Shown: positions 11,770-23,799 of the stretch, in pieces
Position numbering within the stretch: position 1 is the first letter of the stretch
Layout: every line of letters starts with the position of its first letter
The notes under the pieces: generated by a model
What the model was told of the DNA's origin: nothing
What the model saw: the letters and a program-made list of their open reading frames with translations, nothing else
The model's database searches: none
NCBI GenBank assembly: GCA_030390025.1
Contig: CM059432.1
Location: 101,992,001 to 102,056,000 of the forward strand
Direction: 5' to 3'
DNA length: 64,000 nucleotides
Origin: Squalus acanthias
Lineage: Eukaryota
Program-made: the position numbers and the translations under genes

Positions 11770-13202
11770 TTTCAAATAAAACTGTTGGACTATAACCTGG
11801 TGTTGTGCGACCTCTCAATTCTATTTATGAAGCCCAGGATCCCGAATGCTTTTTTAATCGCTTTCTCAACCTGCCCTGCCACCTTCAACGATTTGTGCAC
11901 ATATACCCACAAGTCTCTCTGTTCATGCACCCCCTAATAAAAATGAAATGGAAAAAATGCAGTTTTCAGCTGTTACTGCCTTTAAAAAAATTAGCATTAA
12001 AAAGAAGGCCCAAATGGGAGTCTTCAGCTCTTAAAGCTCAATTCCCTTCCGAACCTCAAAAAATGGGAAAAGTGCTTCAGCACTAACACAAATGGCTCAG
12101 CAAGCCAGGGAAGGGGCACCCAGGGTCTTGCACACAACACTCCAGCTTTGTGCAGGGGGTCAACACCGCATGAGAGGCCCTCTACCCACAGGGGCCAGGA
12201 GGCCCTCCAGAATGAACAATGTGGGACCACATCACTAAGGCTGTCACTGCCAGCAGTGTCGCCCCCACAACCTGCCTCCAGTGACCAAAGAAGCTTCATG
12301 ACCTCAGACCACTGGTCAAGGGCAGTGAATGCATCTTCAAAAGCCGTTTCCTACTAACTGCACCACTAGCCTCACACACTGCTCAATGCACAACTCTCCC
12401 CCACAATCACTCACCTACCAACAATCTTTACCAATCACAAGGCACACCTCCCATTCCTAGCCTCATCTCAATCCCTTGGAGGAGATGCTGCAGGCCATTC
12501 CGAGCAGGGGCATGGTTGAACCCTTGGCCAGCGGCGGGGCAGAAAAGTTACAAGATACTGGTATCCTCATACGTTATCCTCCTTCTGTCATGCACCTCTT
12601 GCTTTCCTGCTCTCCCCTCACCACAACTCCACCCTTGTGCCTTCCTCATTTCACACACCCAAGAAATGCAGACTGTGGTTGGCCAAGAAGAGGGAGAGGA
12701 GATCGAAGAAGAAGAAGAAACACCGTCACTGATTTCACACTCCCAGCCACCAGCTCCTCAAGGTCGACCAGCAAGGCCATTTGCAGTGTCCCCTACTGAA
12801 AGTCAACAGCCTTCCATCAGCCATGCTGCAGCCACTGGGGTAGCACTGCGTGACATCAGTAGGATAGGCACACACAAGACAGTCAATAACAGAATACATA
12901 AGGGTGATGAGCTGATTTCTTGATGTCATATCAGATGGATAGATGTATAAAGTTGGATTGAAAAGTTTGCTTTGTGGTGGCATTTATTTCAGCATCGTGG
13001 TGAAGAAGACGCTGTGATGGTCAGTAACAGAAGGAAGGAAAGGTATGGGACAAATTTTGAAAGGGGAATTGAGGTTGTGGTCACTGGTACCGCAGGCAGA
13101 TGATTCCATCCCAGATATCCCAGCCAGAAAGGGGCTGTCTGGGTTGCAACCTTTCTTTTGTTTCTTCCTCTTCTGTGTCTTCCTCTTCCCTCTGCGAGTG
13201 GA

Positions 13203-13336
13203 TGCTGTAAATCTGAAATGACAGCATAAAATGCTGGAAATACTCAGCAGGTCAGGCAGCATCTCCACCTGAGACGTGAACTCTGTTTCTCTCTCCACGG
13301 ATGTTGTCTGACCTGCTGAGTATTTGCAGCATTTTC
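13203..13336. mobile_element. Fold-back PLE (family B) pLTR remnant inside Harbinger copy 2
   Basis: AAAATGCTGGAAATACTCAGCAGGTCAGGCAGCATC is inverted against GATGTTGTCTGACCTGCTGAGTATTTGCAGCATTTT. Matches 38680-38785. Confidence 0.75.
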
Positions 13337-15369
13337 AGTCTTCTCAGAAGCCTTCCTTTACCATCTGAGGCCTTGCAAGTATCCAGCAGCACTCCCTGCA
13401 CACTTAAGAAACTTTTAACATCTATTGCAGCAATACTTCAATAAAATCAAAAAAACTCAGTCCAAAAGCTTAAATGCAAACTTACCTGAAAGATGTGTGT
13501 GTCCCTTTAAGAGGTGCTGACAGCACCTCTGTCAGTCTTTTGCATGCCAGGTTTACATGGCGAGCCTAGGACCCAGCGCTGAACTCAGTGGTGATGTTAA
13601 GTCGGCGTGAAGTCACCTCTCCCTCATCTTAATTTGCAGGGTAATGGATCTTACCGGCAGCACTGCTGGGTCTAGGAAAAGGGAGGACGCCGCAGGACCC
13701 GCCACCAGCTGGCGAAAGAGCGGCAGCTGCCCTCTTTTTGCTATTTTTTTGCCGGTAGCGGGTGGTGTAAAGTCCCCAAATTTTTAGCCCAATTTTTTTC
13801 TGTTTGCCTATTGATTACTCTTTATAAGTAAGATGCAATAGATGATCTAATTTCAGTTGAATTTATCTGCTCTCAAGTTATTGGAATTTTCCCATTCTTG
13901 AGAACATACTTGGTCCTATAATATGATTGTATTATATAGTAAACATAAATCTTGACAAATGTTTTACCAATTTGCTAAGGAGGACTAGATTAGTTTGCCT
14001 TTGACATAAACACAAGATAATGGGAGCAGCCAAATGGACCACAGTGATCTTTTCTGATCCTGTACATTGCTATGTTCCCAATGATTGACAGCAGGACATA
14101 AACAACTTCGACGGAAGCATGATTTACCAAAAAAAAATCTCAATGACACTATGGGCTATCTCACTTCACTGAATACACTATTGCTGTGTCTTACTAATAA
14201 CGCACATTACGTAGAATGTGGGAACACATCAATACATCCTGGGATGCACAACCTAATTATCTGAACCAATGTGCACTGCACAACTGCAGAAATTGATCAG
14301 ATAGAAACCATGCAGAGAAAAACTGCAGTCAAGATAGCAGGAGACAGATACCAAGAAAAGAACTGGAGTGAAAGACCAGTGCCATAGAAAAATAGAAGAT
14401 AGAAGAAGCAAAGTTAGAGAATGGAAAAAAAAACTGAAAGGTGAGCGGAAAAAATGTGAGGTAATTGAGAAAAAAAGCTTTTGTTAATCTAACGATGATG
14501 CTTTTTAACGTGGTCAGAATATCAATTATTTTTAACTTAATATTCTGTTACCAGGAATGATTGTACCTCACCAAAGTGAACAAGTGATCAAAAACCAAAT
14601 GAGGCCATGACTATCATAATCTGGTGGTGCTTGAAATGTAGTTTCATCTGAAAAATGACTCTCTGCAAAAGACCCACTGCTTTCCATTCCATATGTTCTA
14701 TGGACCAGCCATGCTGCTACTGCTTTTATTCATTTTTTCTTCAATTATGTCTACAATTTTATGCCATTGATTCACGTCCTCTCTGAAATGGACGGAAGTT
14801 GCAATCTTGGGACCTTTAAGAGCCCATAACAACATAAGAAAGTAGGTGGACCATCTTCCCATTGTCACAGTGATGAAACCTAATTGTTGTTTACCCAATT
14901 CCTATTAACAGGTTTCTTGCAGTATTTCTATATTTTATACAAAATGGGTAACAGTCATCAAAGGAATAGTAAAAACTGAAATTACAAACGTGGTCATTTG
15001 TTCCACAAATAAACAATTACTAATTACAAATACTATCTATATTAAAAATAATTGCATACATTCCAGCATGTTTTTGTCATAATTTATCTGTAATAAATTC
15101 CTATGTCCACATTGATAATGGAAATGGCCACTGTAACCTTGTCACACTGTAATTACACCTCGCTGCCTGTGGTGGTTCTGTAGTACCTCAGTTTGCATCT
15201 GCAGAGAAACCCCTAGGTTGGGAATTTTCTTGGACCTTCTCCTGCTCTGCCACACGTAAACAGGATTTCTGCCAAAGTTATAGCAGTGGAGTGGGAGAAA
15301 CCCAGAGGATATATGAAACCCTAGGCTCCAACCAACTAGGCTTCTTTGCCTTCTAAATTGCCAGTACAA

Positions 15370-16370
15370 ACATACGAAAACGTTGAACAGAAAAGACCAG
15401 CTGGTCCATCTAGCCTGTCCCAAAAAGTCTTATACATCATGAGGGATATATTCTCGGAAGAATGAGAGGTAATCTCATTGAAACGTATAAAATTCTTAGA
15501 GGCTTGACAGGGTAAAAGATGAGAGGCTGTTTCCCCTGGCTGGAGAGTCTAGAACTAGGGGTCATTGTCTCAGGATAAGGTGTTGGCCATTTAGGACTGA
15601 GATGAGGAGAAATTTCTTCACTCAGAGGGTTGTGAATCTTTGGAATTCGCTAACCCCGAGGAATGTGGAGGCTCAGCCGTTGAGTATATTCAAGACTGAG
15701 ATCATTAGATTTTTGGGCACTAAGGGAATCAAGGGATATGAGAAAGAGCGAGAAAGTGGATGGAGTTCATGTAAAAGTCCAGCCATGATCTTGTTGAATG
15801 GCAGAGCAGGCTGAAGAGGTCATATGGCCTACTCCTGCTCCTATTTCTTTTGTTCTTATGATACAGATACTCCCTACCCACCCGGAGCCATGTAATCTCC
15901 TAGGAGAGCTGAAAAACAGATTAAAAATCTAAACCAATTGGGGGAAAAAAGCAGGAAACTTCCTCTCTTTGAGCGATCAAAAATAGTCCAGGAGAACACA
16001 TAGACCCTGATTTATATTACAGGGCACCCACCTCCTGGACAAGGTGATCTCCACCCCAGCCAGAAACAGGTAAAGCTCCCTCTTGAAGGTATCCCGTGAA
16101 TGAGCATTCACTGCATGAACCAGCATCCTGTTCCACAGGTCCACTATTCTCTAGGAAAAGAAGAACCGCCTAAGATCCAACCTAGCTTTGCCCTTACATA
16201 ACTTGTAAATGTGATCCCTGGTCTTCATAAACACAATCTAGTCCCTTCATTACTTTATAAACCTCAATTAAATGGCCCCAGATTCTATGGTTCTCTAAAA
16301 TATACAGACCCATCGCTTTAAGACTATCTGAGTAGCTTATATTTTTGAAAATGGGAATTAATCTTGTAAA
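15370..16370 (-). mobile_element. Older CR1-type 3' fragment, interrupted by a second CR1
   Basis: Minus strand shows CR1 3' features (ACCAGGGATCAC, AGAATAGTGGACCTGTGGAAC, TAGATGGACCAGCTGGTCTTTTCTG). Confidence 0.55.
15455..15860 (+). mobile_element. CR1 LINE 3' end
   Basis: MRRNFFTQRVVNLWNSL, followed by the CR1 3' hairpin and TTCTTATG tail. Confidence 0.88.
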
Positions 16371-16649
16371 AGTTTTACTATTTAACTGTAAGCAATCAAA
16401 GCATTAAATAAAAGTAAGGACAGAATGTATGACTTTAAAACGGGGCATGAATTTTTTCTGCACACTCTGGTCCAATTATTCTCCACTTCATTTGAAGACT
16501 ACACTTGAACTGGACTCACACCACCACAAGAGATTGACTAGTATAAATAATTACTTTTCAACAAATACATTCATGTTTTTCACTGTTTTTGTCTTCTAAG
16601 ACAGTACAACAGAATGTTTGAAATGGCCAGAAGGTGCTGCTGTAAGGCA

Positions 16650-17597
16650 GTGGTTCTACACCCAACCATCTTCAGCTGCTTCATCAATGGCCTTCCCTCC
16701 ATCATAAGGTCAAAAGTGGAGATGTTCACTGATGATTGCACAGTATTTGCAACTCCTCTGATAATGAAGCAGTCCTTGCCCGCATGCAGCAAGCCCTGGA
16801 CAATATTTAGGCTTGGGCTGATAAGTGGCAAATAACATTCGCGCCACAGAAATGCCAGGCAATGACTATCTCCAACAACATCGAGTCTAACCACCTCCCC
16901 TTGACATTCAACGGCATTACCATCACCGAATCCCCCACCATCAATGTCTTGGGGCTCACCATTGACCAGAAACTTAACTAGACCAGCCACCTAAAGACAG
17001 TGACTACAAGAGCTGGGTATTCTGCAGCAAGTGTCTCACCTCCTGACTCCCTAAAGCCTTTCCACCATCTACAAGGCATAAGTCAAGAATGTGATGGAAT
17101 ATTCTCCACTTGCCTGGATGAGTGCAGCTCACACAATACTCAAGAAGCTCAACACCATCCAGGACAAAGCAACCAACTTGATTGGCACCCATCCACCACC
17201 TTAAACATTCACTCCCTCCACCATCAGCACATTGTGGCTGCTGTGTGATCCATCTACAAGATGCACTGCAGCAACTCGTCAAGGCTTCTTCGACAGCACC
17301 TCCCAAACCCACGACCTCTACCACCTGGAAGGACAAGGGCAGCAGGCGCATGGGAACACCATCACCTGCAAGTTCCCCTCCAAGTCACATACTATCCTGA
17401 CTTGGAAATTCCTTCATCGTCGCTGGGTCAAAATCCTGGAACTCCCTCCCTAACTGCACTGTGGGAGTACCTTCACCACACGGAGTGCAGCGGTTCAAGT
17501 AGGCGGCTCACCGCCACCTTCTCAAGGGCAATTAGGGATGGGTAATAAATGCTGGCCTTGCCAGCGACGCCCAGATCCCATGAATGAATACAAAAAG
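16650..17597 (+). mobile_element. CR1/Jockey-group LINE 3' portion (RT end plus 3' UTR)
   Basis: PTIFSCFING..MFTDD. 3' end GCTGGCCTTGCCAGCGACGCC..ATGAATGAAT. Closely similar to 30770-31388. Confidence 0.85.
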
Positions 17598-18589
17598 ACT
17601 GATGACCTCATAAGTTAATTTAGACCAAATTTATTTTTTGGTTCTGAAATCCCTGTAATACGCATGTTGGTGTCTCACATCACAAACTGCAAAGTATGTA
17701 CGGTGTAGCCCAACTCCAGAAGATTGCAAAATATATATAACAGTGACCTGGGATACAAACTGCAAAGTTGAATCACAAGGTCAGATTTGCTGCTTTTCTG
17801 AAGCAGAATTGGAGCAGCAAGTCCATCACTGTCAAAGGAAGACCTATACCTATACATGCAACTTAAAATATTACAAACCTTGGTCAGTCGTGTATTTTTA
17901 CAAAGTCTCAAGAAGCAAATTCAAAAGTAGAATCATAGAATCATAGAATGGTTACAGCACAGAAGGAGGCCATTCAGCCCATCGAGCCCGTGCCGGCTCT
18001 CTGCAAGAGCACTTCAGCTAGTCCTATTCCCCTGCCCTTTACCCGTAACCCTGCAAATTTCTTTCCTTCAGGTTACTGAGCCAATTCCATTTTGAAAGCC
18101 ATGATTGAGTCTGCCTCCACCACCCTTTCAGGCAGTACATTCCAGATCCTAACCAATCACTGCGTAAAAATGTTTTTCCTCATGTCGCCTTTGGTCCTTT
18201 TGCCAATCACCTTAAATCTGTGTCCTCTGGGTCTCGACCCTTCCGCCAATGGGAATAGTTTCCCTCTATATACTCTGTCTAGACTCCTCATGATTTTGAA
18301 TAACTCTATCAAATCTCCTCTCAACCTTCTCTGCTCTAAGGAGAACAACCCCAGCTGCTCTAGTCTATCCACGTAACTGAAGTCCCTCATCCCTGGAAAC
18401 ATTCTCATAAATCTTTTCTGCACCGTCTCTAAGGCCTTCACATCCTTCCTAAAGTGCGGTGCCCAGAATTGGACACAATACTCCAGTTGAGGCCGAACCA
18501 GTGTTTGATAAAGGTTCATCATAACTTCCTTGCTTTTGTACTCTATGGGGGCGATTTTCCCACTGGAAGCAAGACGGAGGCATGTCTCT

Positions 18590-18805
18590 TCATCTCCTCC
18601 TTTGTTCCTTTATCCCCTCCCCCTTTTCCCAGCTTTACCCTGGCCTTAAATCTATTTGATTTCCAGCTCTTCCCAGTTCTGATGAAAGGTCATCGACCTG
18701 AAACGTCAACTCTCTTTCTCTCTCCACGGATGCTGCCTGGCCTGCTGAGTTTTTCCAGCGTTTTCTGTTGTTATTTCGGATTTCCAGCATCTGCAGTATT
18801 TTGCT
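18590..18805 (+). mobile_element. PLE family B 3' pLTR fragment
   Basis: Matches 38570-38785 and contains a hammerhead motif. Confidence 0.8.
18675..18711 (+). ncRNA. Minimal type-I hammerhead ribozyme motif
   Basis: AGTT-CTGATGA-A-AGGTC-ATC-GACCT-GAAA-CG-TC-AACT, with complete cores, stem I, stem II and a GUC cleavage triplet. Confidence 0.8.
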
Positions 18806-21631
18806 ATCGTTTCAGTTTGGGTGGGTTTGAAACTCGCCTGCACTGATAGGTTTCAAAAATTTGCGATTTTCCCATGATTGGCCACTTAATTTCAGGGGTG
18901 TGGGATGCCCTTGGTCAATTAGTGTTTTGGGACTGAAACTCGCCTCTGTTGACAGCACTTTTCCAGCCTGATTTTATGACTTCTTGCTCCCTTGGCTCAT
19001 TCCAAAGCATTTCTGCATCTCCAGCACCACATCCAACATCTTTTGAGAAACCAATGTCCAATTCCAAGGCAAGGGCCTACCCGAGGCTCTTGGATGAGGC
19101 GCTGCAAATGTTGTTGGAGGGGGTGACAGCTAGTATGGAGGTGCTCTTCCACTCATCTTGGAGGAAGGGGCCTGCCAAAGAAACCAAGGCTGTGTGGGTA
19201 CAGCTGGCAAGGAATATAACCTCCAGATCTGTGTGCAGATTGGGAGACTGTTTCTGTGTATTGATGAAATGCCATCCCTGTTGGAAAGCATTAAAATGAT
19301 TTGAAGCCAAAATGTTGGCGTTATGCCATTTGTTCATTCGCCTTAGGCAGCGCCACATTGTGGGCACCGCCACACTTGCATTGTCAGGTTGGTGGCCAGA
19401 GTGAAAGGAGGCCAGAGAGTCATATCCATTGTCAATAATGTCCTAGGATGGAGCCAAGGACATGTGTCAACTTGGGCAACCTATGCAAATCTGGCCATGA
19501 TAAGTTCATCCCTTGCATCCCGGGCAGCCATGTGCTTGCGTGCTGCTGCTGCCGCTGGTCGATACACCGGCGCGCTGACCTCCTCCTCCTCCTCCTCCAG
19601 ATCCTCCTCCTCCTCATCCTCATCTTAGGTCGATGCAGAAAGAAAATGAATGGTTCCCATGCTGCTTGCAGATGCCTCCTCTGGGGAAGCGCTCATTGCA
19701 AGCGGGGAGAGGGTCTTCCAAGGAGGTCCCACAGTTGATGGAGTCAAGCTGCAGCACCTCCGACTTCGGAAGGCCTTCTAAAAGTGCTCAGAGACCTTTT
19801 AAAACCAAGGTCTGGCACCTGCAAGTAATCCTTGCTGCAATAAACGATGTCTTGTTAGACCTGCAGCAGTGAGGAGGCCACCCACGAGTCAACCCGCCAG
19901 GTTTACCTGGCGTGTGTTCAGGAGGCGCGTGGAGCACGCCGAAATGCTCGAAATATCAGGAGGGCCTCTCAAAATAGGCTTAGAGAGGCCCTCAGCGAGC
20001 ATTTAAGGAGGTTAAATAGCGCAATGGCCAGCTGGAGGCAGAAGCATTTCCCGACCTCCAAAACCAGCACCGGCAAAATCCCGCGGAGGCGGGTTGGAGG
20101 CGGGTTCCAAACCCGACCTCTTTGAATCTGATTTTCCCGTCTTTCCCGCCTCCAAACCCGCCTCCTCCGATGTCAGAAAATCACCCCCCATGCCTCTATT
20201 TATGAAGCCCAGGATCCTGTATGCTTTTTTAACCACTTTCTCAACCTGCCCTGCCACCTTCAATGATTTGTGCACATATACCCCCAGGTCTCTCTGTTCA
20301 TGCACACCCTTTAGGATTCTACCCTTTAGTTTATATTGCCTCTCCTCGTTCCTACCAAAATGTATCACTTCGCACTTTTCTGTGTTAAATTTCATCTGCC
20401 ATGTGTCCGCCCATTTCACCAACCTGTCTATGTCTTCTTGAAGTCTATCACTATCCTCCTCACTGTTCACTATACTTCCTAGTTTTGTGTCATCTGCAAA
20501 TTTTGAAATTGTACCCTCTACTCCCAAGTCTAAGTCATTAACACATATATCAAGAAAAGCAGTGGTCCTAGTACCAACCCCTGGGGAACACCACTTATTC
20601 CTGTCTGAAAAACAACCGTTCACCACTACGCTCTGTTTCCTGTCACTTAGCCAATTTCGTATCCATGCTGCCACTGTCACTTTTATTCCATGGGCTTCAA
20701 CTTTGCTGGCATGCCTTTTTTGTGGCACTTTATCAAACACCTTTTGGAAATCCATATTCTCAACGTCAACCACATTGCCCTCATCAACCCTCTCTGTTAC
20801 CTCATCAAAAAACTCGATCAAGTTAGTTAAACATGATTTGCCTCTAACAAATCCATGCTGGCTTTCCTTAATTAATCCACACTTGCCCAAGTGACTGTTA
20901 ATTTTGTCCCTTCTTTCTATAATCATTGCATTCAAGTAGTTTATTTGTTGGACAAATTGCTATAAAAATAATTACTTTTGAAGTAAACAGTATAGTGTTT
21001 ACAATAATGTGTTTTTACTATTTTTTGATAACTGTTACCCATTTGGAATATAGTACAGAAATTAAATGAGAAAGGTGTTATTCGGAATTAGGTAAACAAC
21101 AACTAGGTTTCATCTCTGGGTCCCTACGTACAAATCTAGCCTGGACAGAATGAACACATGCTTGCTTATGCTGTTATGGGTCTTAAAGTTTTGAAATGCA
21201 ATGAGTTTGAGTGACTTCAGTCCATTTCACAATGGACATGAATTCACAGTGTAAAACTCCAAACACAATTGCCACTGACAACTTAAGGAAGAAAAAATGG
21301 TAATGAATAAAAATATTAACATATTACTTGCACAAAGCTCAGTAGATGCTGTACTCAGCTGAAAACATACCCTCGAGTATCTCAGTTAAGGAAAAAAATC
21401 TAATTACTTGTTAATGAGCTAAATAATTTGATTACTGTAAGTTATTTTCAATGCAAAGTAATTTTGTCATAATTAATTTAATACCATTAATTTGTTAGCA
21501 ATAGGCAGAAATGTGTAAATTTGCATTAATAATAAAAATGTTTTTCAGGAGTAGGTAAGTAGGCAAAAATGATGTAACTGAAGTAATATAAATGTCAGGT
21601 TTCATTATTTGTGTCTGAACTATTCTGGACT

Positions 21632-22580
21632 CAACAACAACAATAAGCATTTATATAGAACCTTTAAAGCAGTAAAGCATCCCAGGGCACTTCACAGGAG
21701 TGTTATCAAACAGAATTTGACGCCGAGCCACTTAAAGAGATATTAGGACAGGTAACCAAATACTCGGTCAAAGAGGTAGGTTTTAAGGAGCATCTTAAAG
21801 GAAGAGAGAGAGAACTAGAGAGGTGGAAAGTTTTAGGGAGGGAATTCCAGAGCTTAGGATGTAGGCAGCTGAATGCACGGCCGCCAATGGTGGAACGATT
21901 AAAATCAGGTGTGTGCAAGGAGCCAGAATTGCAGGAGCACAGAGACCTCAGAGGGTTGTAGGGCTGCAGGAGGTTCAAGAGATATGGAGAGGTGAGGCCA
22001 TGGAGGGATTTGAAAACAAGGGTGAGAATTTTAAAATCGAGGCGTTGCCGGACTGGGAGCCAACGTAAGTCAGTGAGAACAGGGGTGATGGGTGAACGTG
22101 ACTTGGTGTGAGTTTGGGTACGGGCAGCAGATTTTTGGATGAGCTCAAGTTTATGGAGGGTGGAAGATGGGAGGCCAGCCAGTAGAGCATTGGAATAGTC
22201 AAGTATAGGATGACAAAGGCATGGATGAGAGTTTTAGCAGCAGTTGAGCTGAGGCGGGGCAGAGACAGGTGATGTTACGAAGGTGGAAGTAGGCGATCTT
22301 GGTGATGGAGTGGATATGTGGTTGTAAGCTCATCTCAGGGCTAAATAGGATGCCAAGGTTGTGAATGGACTGGTTCAATCTCAGACAGGAAGAGGGCTGG
22401 AGTCGCTGGGTAGGGAACGGACTTTGTGGCGTGGAGTGAAGACAATGGATTGCACCTTCTCAATATTTAGTTGAAGAAAATTTCTGCTCATCCAGTACTG
22501 GATGTTGGACAAGGTAGCGTGACAAATCAAAGACAGTGGAGGGGTCGAGAGAGGTAGTGGTGAGGGAGAGCTGGGTCCTG
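21632..22580 (-). mobile_element. L2 LINE 3' fragment
   Basis: YNPLRSL..GGRAFS..PKLWNSLP on -, with a (TTG)n tail at 21632-21646. Confidence 0.85.
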
Positions 22581-23019
22581 CATATATATTCTTTAATTTT
22601 CATTCCACTCATTTTTATGATCTTTCACACTAGCTGTTCTATTATGCATTGCCCATATCTCTATTCTCAATGTTCCTTGAGCTGAATAAGTCTGTTCCAT
22701 TAAACAGCTGTAGTATTGGATGTATTTTGTTAATAGGATTTACAGTCACTTAGCTTCATTTCAAAGTGGTGCTCATCTTTCCCAAGAAATGGTTTGTGTA
22801 TTCATACCAAACAGATTGCATTAGACTTATTGGTTCAAGCAAGCATCAGATAATTTAGCTAACTGCGGTTAGTAAATAATACCTCTGCTATATATAGACA
22901 GGGTTATAGTGAAAAAAGAGCAGGCATCTTCTACACTACATTCTGATTGGGCTTGCTCTCTTTATATAGAAGCCTGTATTAAATTGTAGCACTTATGAAT
23001 GTGTGATCAGTGTTATCAA

Positions 23020-23114
23020 GGGAATTTCCTCAGAGCTGTTTCCACACCACCACTGTAACTTTGCCAGAAACGCGAGTTACAGTGAGAGCAACAGCAGCAC
23101 GGAAGGAAATTCCC
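23020..23114. mobile_element. Short palindromic MITE
   Basis: GGGAATTTCCT...AGGAAATTCCC, with an inner inverted pair CACTGTAACT / AGTTACAGTG. Confidence 0.6.
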
Positions 23115-23799
23115 AGTCTTAATAAGTCTCCAGAAAGTCCAAAGGCTAGTGAAATACCAAAACTAGTTTTAATCTGCATGAACATTTACACTAATACCTC
23201 CCTTACAAATTCAAATTAAATTGGTTAAAAAAAGGCTATTAACAATTTACTTCTCGTTTATGAGCAGATTAGCATATTCCACAGACTTGTAAAACATATT
23301 GCTGCATCTTCTGTGATGCTGTTTACAGTAAAATTCTGAGGGCAACTATAACTCCCACACCTAGTAGAGCCAGAAATGTCTCCTGCCCACAATGGGGTTT
23401 CTCTCAGTCGCTCTTCCACCAGTCCTTTATCTCCCTCGCCCACATAACAGGATGATACACTCCTACCCTCACCCCAGAGGTTCTTCCACCCCCAGAATAG
23501 GTTCCCTCAATCGCCCCTACAGCAAGGTATCCCTCCCTCTTTCCTCACTCCTGCTGAACAGGTAGTCAGTCTCTCTCTCTCTCCTTTCTGACCTCAACAG
23601 GATGTCTCACTCTCCCTTGCCCTCCATAACTGAGGGCCCAAGAGAGTTTCTTCATGGAGTGAGTCTCCTTCCTTCTCCCTTGCAACAGTGAGACTCACTC
23701 TTCTCTTCCTAATGCCATTGGCTCCAGCACTGTTGAAATAAATGACATCAAGAATTTGTTCATCAGAAACAGATGCCTGTGAATGTGATCGGTTTTCTA

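Larger units (their letters stand above)
10274..11820 (+). mobile_element. Penelope-like element (family A), 5'-truncated, with inverted pseudo-LTR
   Basis: GIY-YIG ORF. 202-bp inverted repeat at 10313-10514 / 11619-11820, plus a ~40-nt tail at 10274-10312. TSD CTATT(A/T)ATGAAG at 10261 and 11821. Confidence 0.92.
9643..11935 (-). mobile_element. CR1 LINE 3' fragment, split by a PLE
   Basis: (ATTCTATG)n tail. RPQLEHCVQFW..LERVQKRFTRM, RTRGHRFK and WNALP motifs. TSD AATAAAAAT at 9634-9642 and 11936-11944. Confidence 0.92.
9350..13790 (+). mobile_element. Non-autonomous PIF/Harbinger derivative, copy 2, interrupted by CR1 and PLE insertions
   Basis: TIRs GGCCGAAAAAT / ATTTTTAGCCC, 3-bp TSD AAT (9347-9349, 13791-13793). 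9350-9640 and 11945-13790 are colinear with 40672-42908. Confidence 0.8.
18547..20188 (+). mobile_element. Non-autonomous PIF/Harbinger derivative (second family)
   Basis: TIRs GGGGGCGATTTTC / GAAAATCACCCCC, TSD TAT/CAT. Myb-like MSNSKARAYPRLLDEALQMLLEGV..WVQLA on + from 19053. Transposase-like C-terminus EEEE..AARDARDELIMARFA* on -. Confidence 0.85.
17928..20910 (-). mobile_element. CR1 LINE (RT plus 3' end), split by a Harbinger insertion at 18547-20188
   Basis: SQHGFVRGKSCLTNLIEFF, DFQKVFDKV, KFADDTKL, RPQLEYCVQFW. (ATTCTATG)n tail. Confidence 0.93.

Noticed and set aside
14230..14445. Possible host exon ending at AAG/GTGAG
   Set aside because: No recognisable protein and no convincing acceptor.
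20012..20935. 307-aa ORF
   Set aside because: CR1 RT with internal frameshifts, reading into the Harbinger end.
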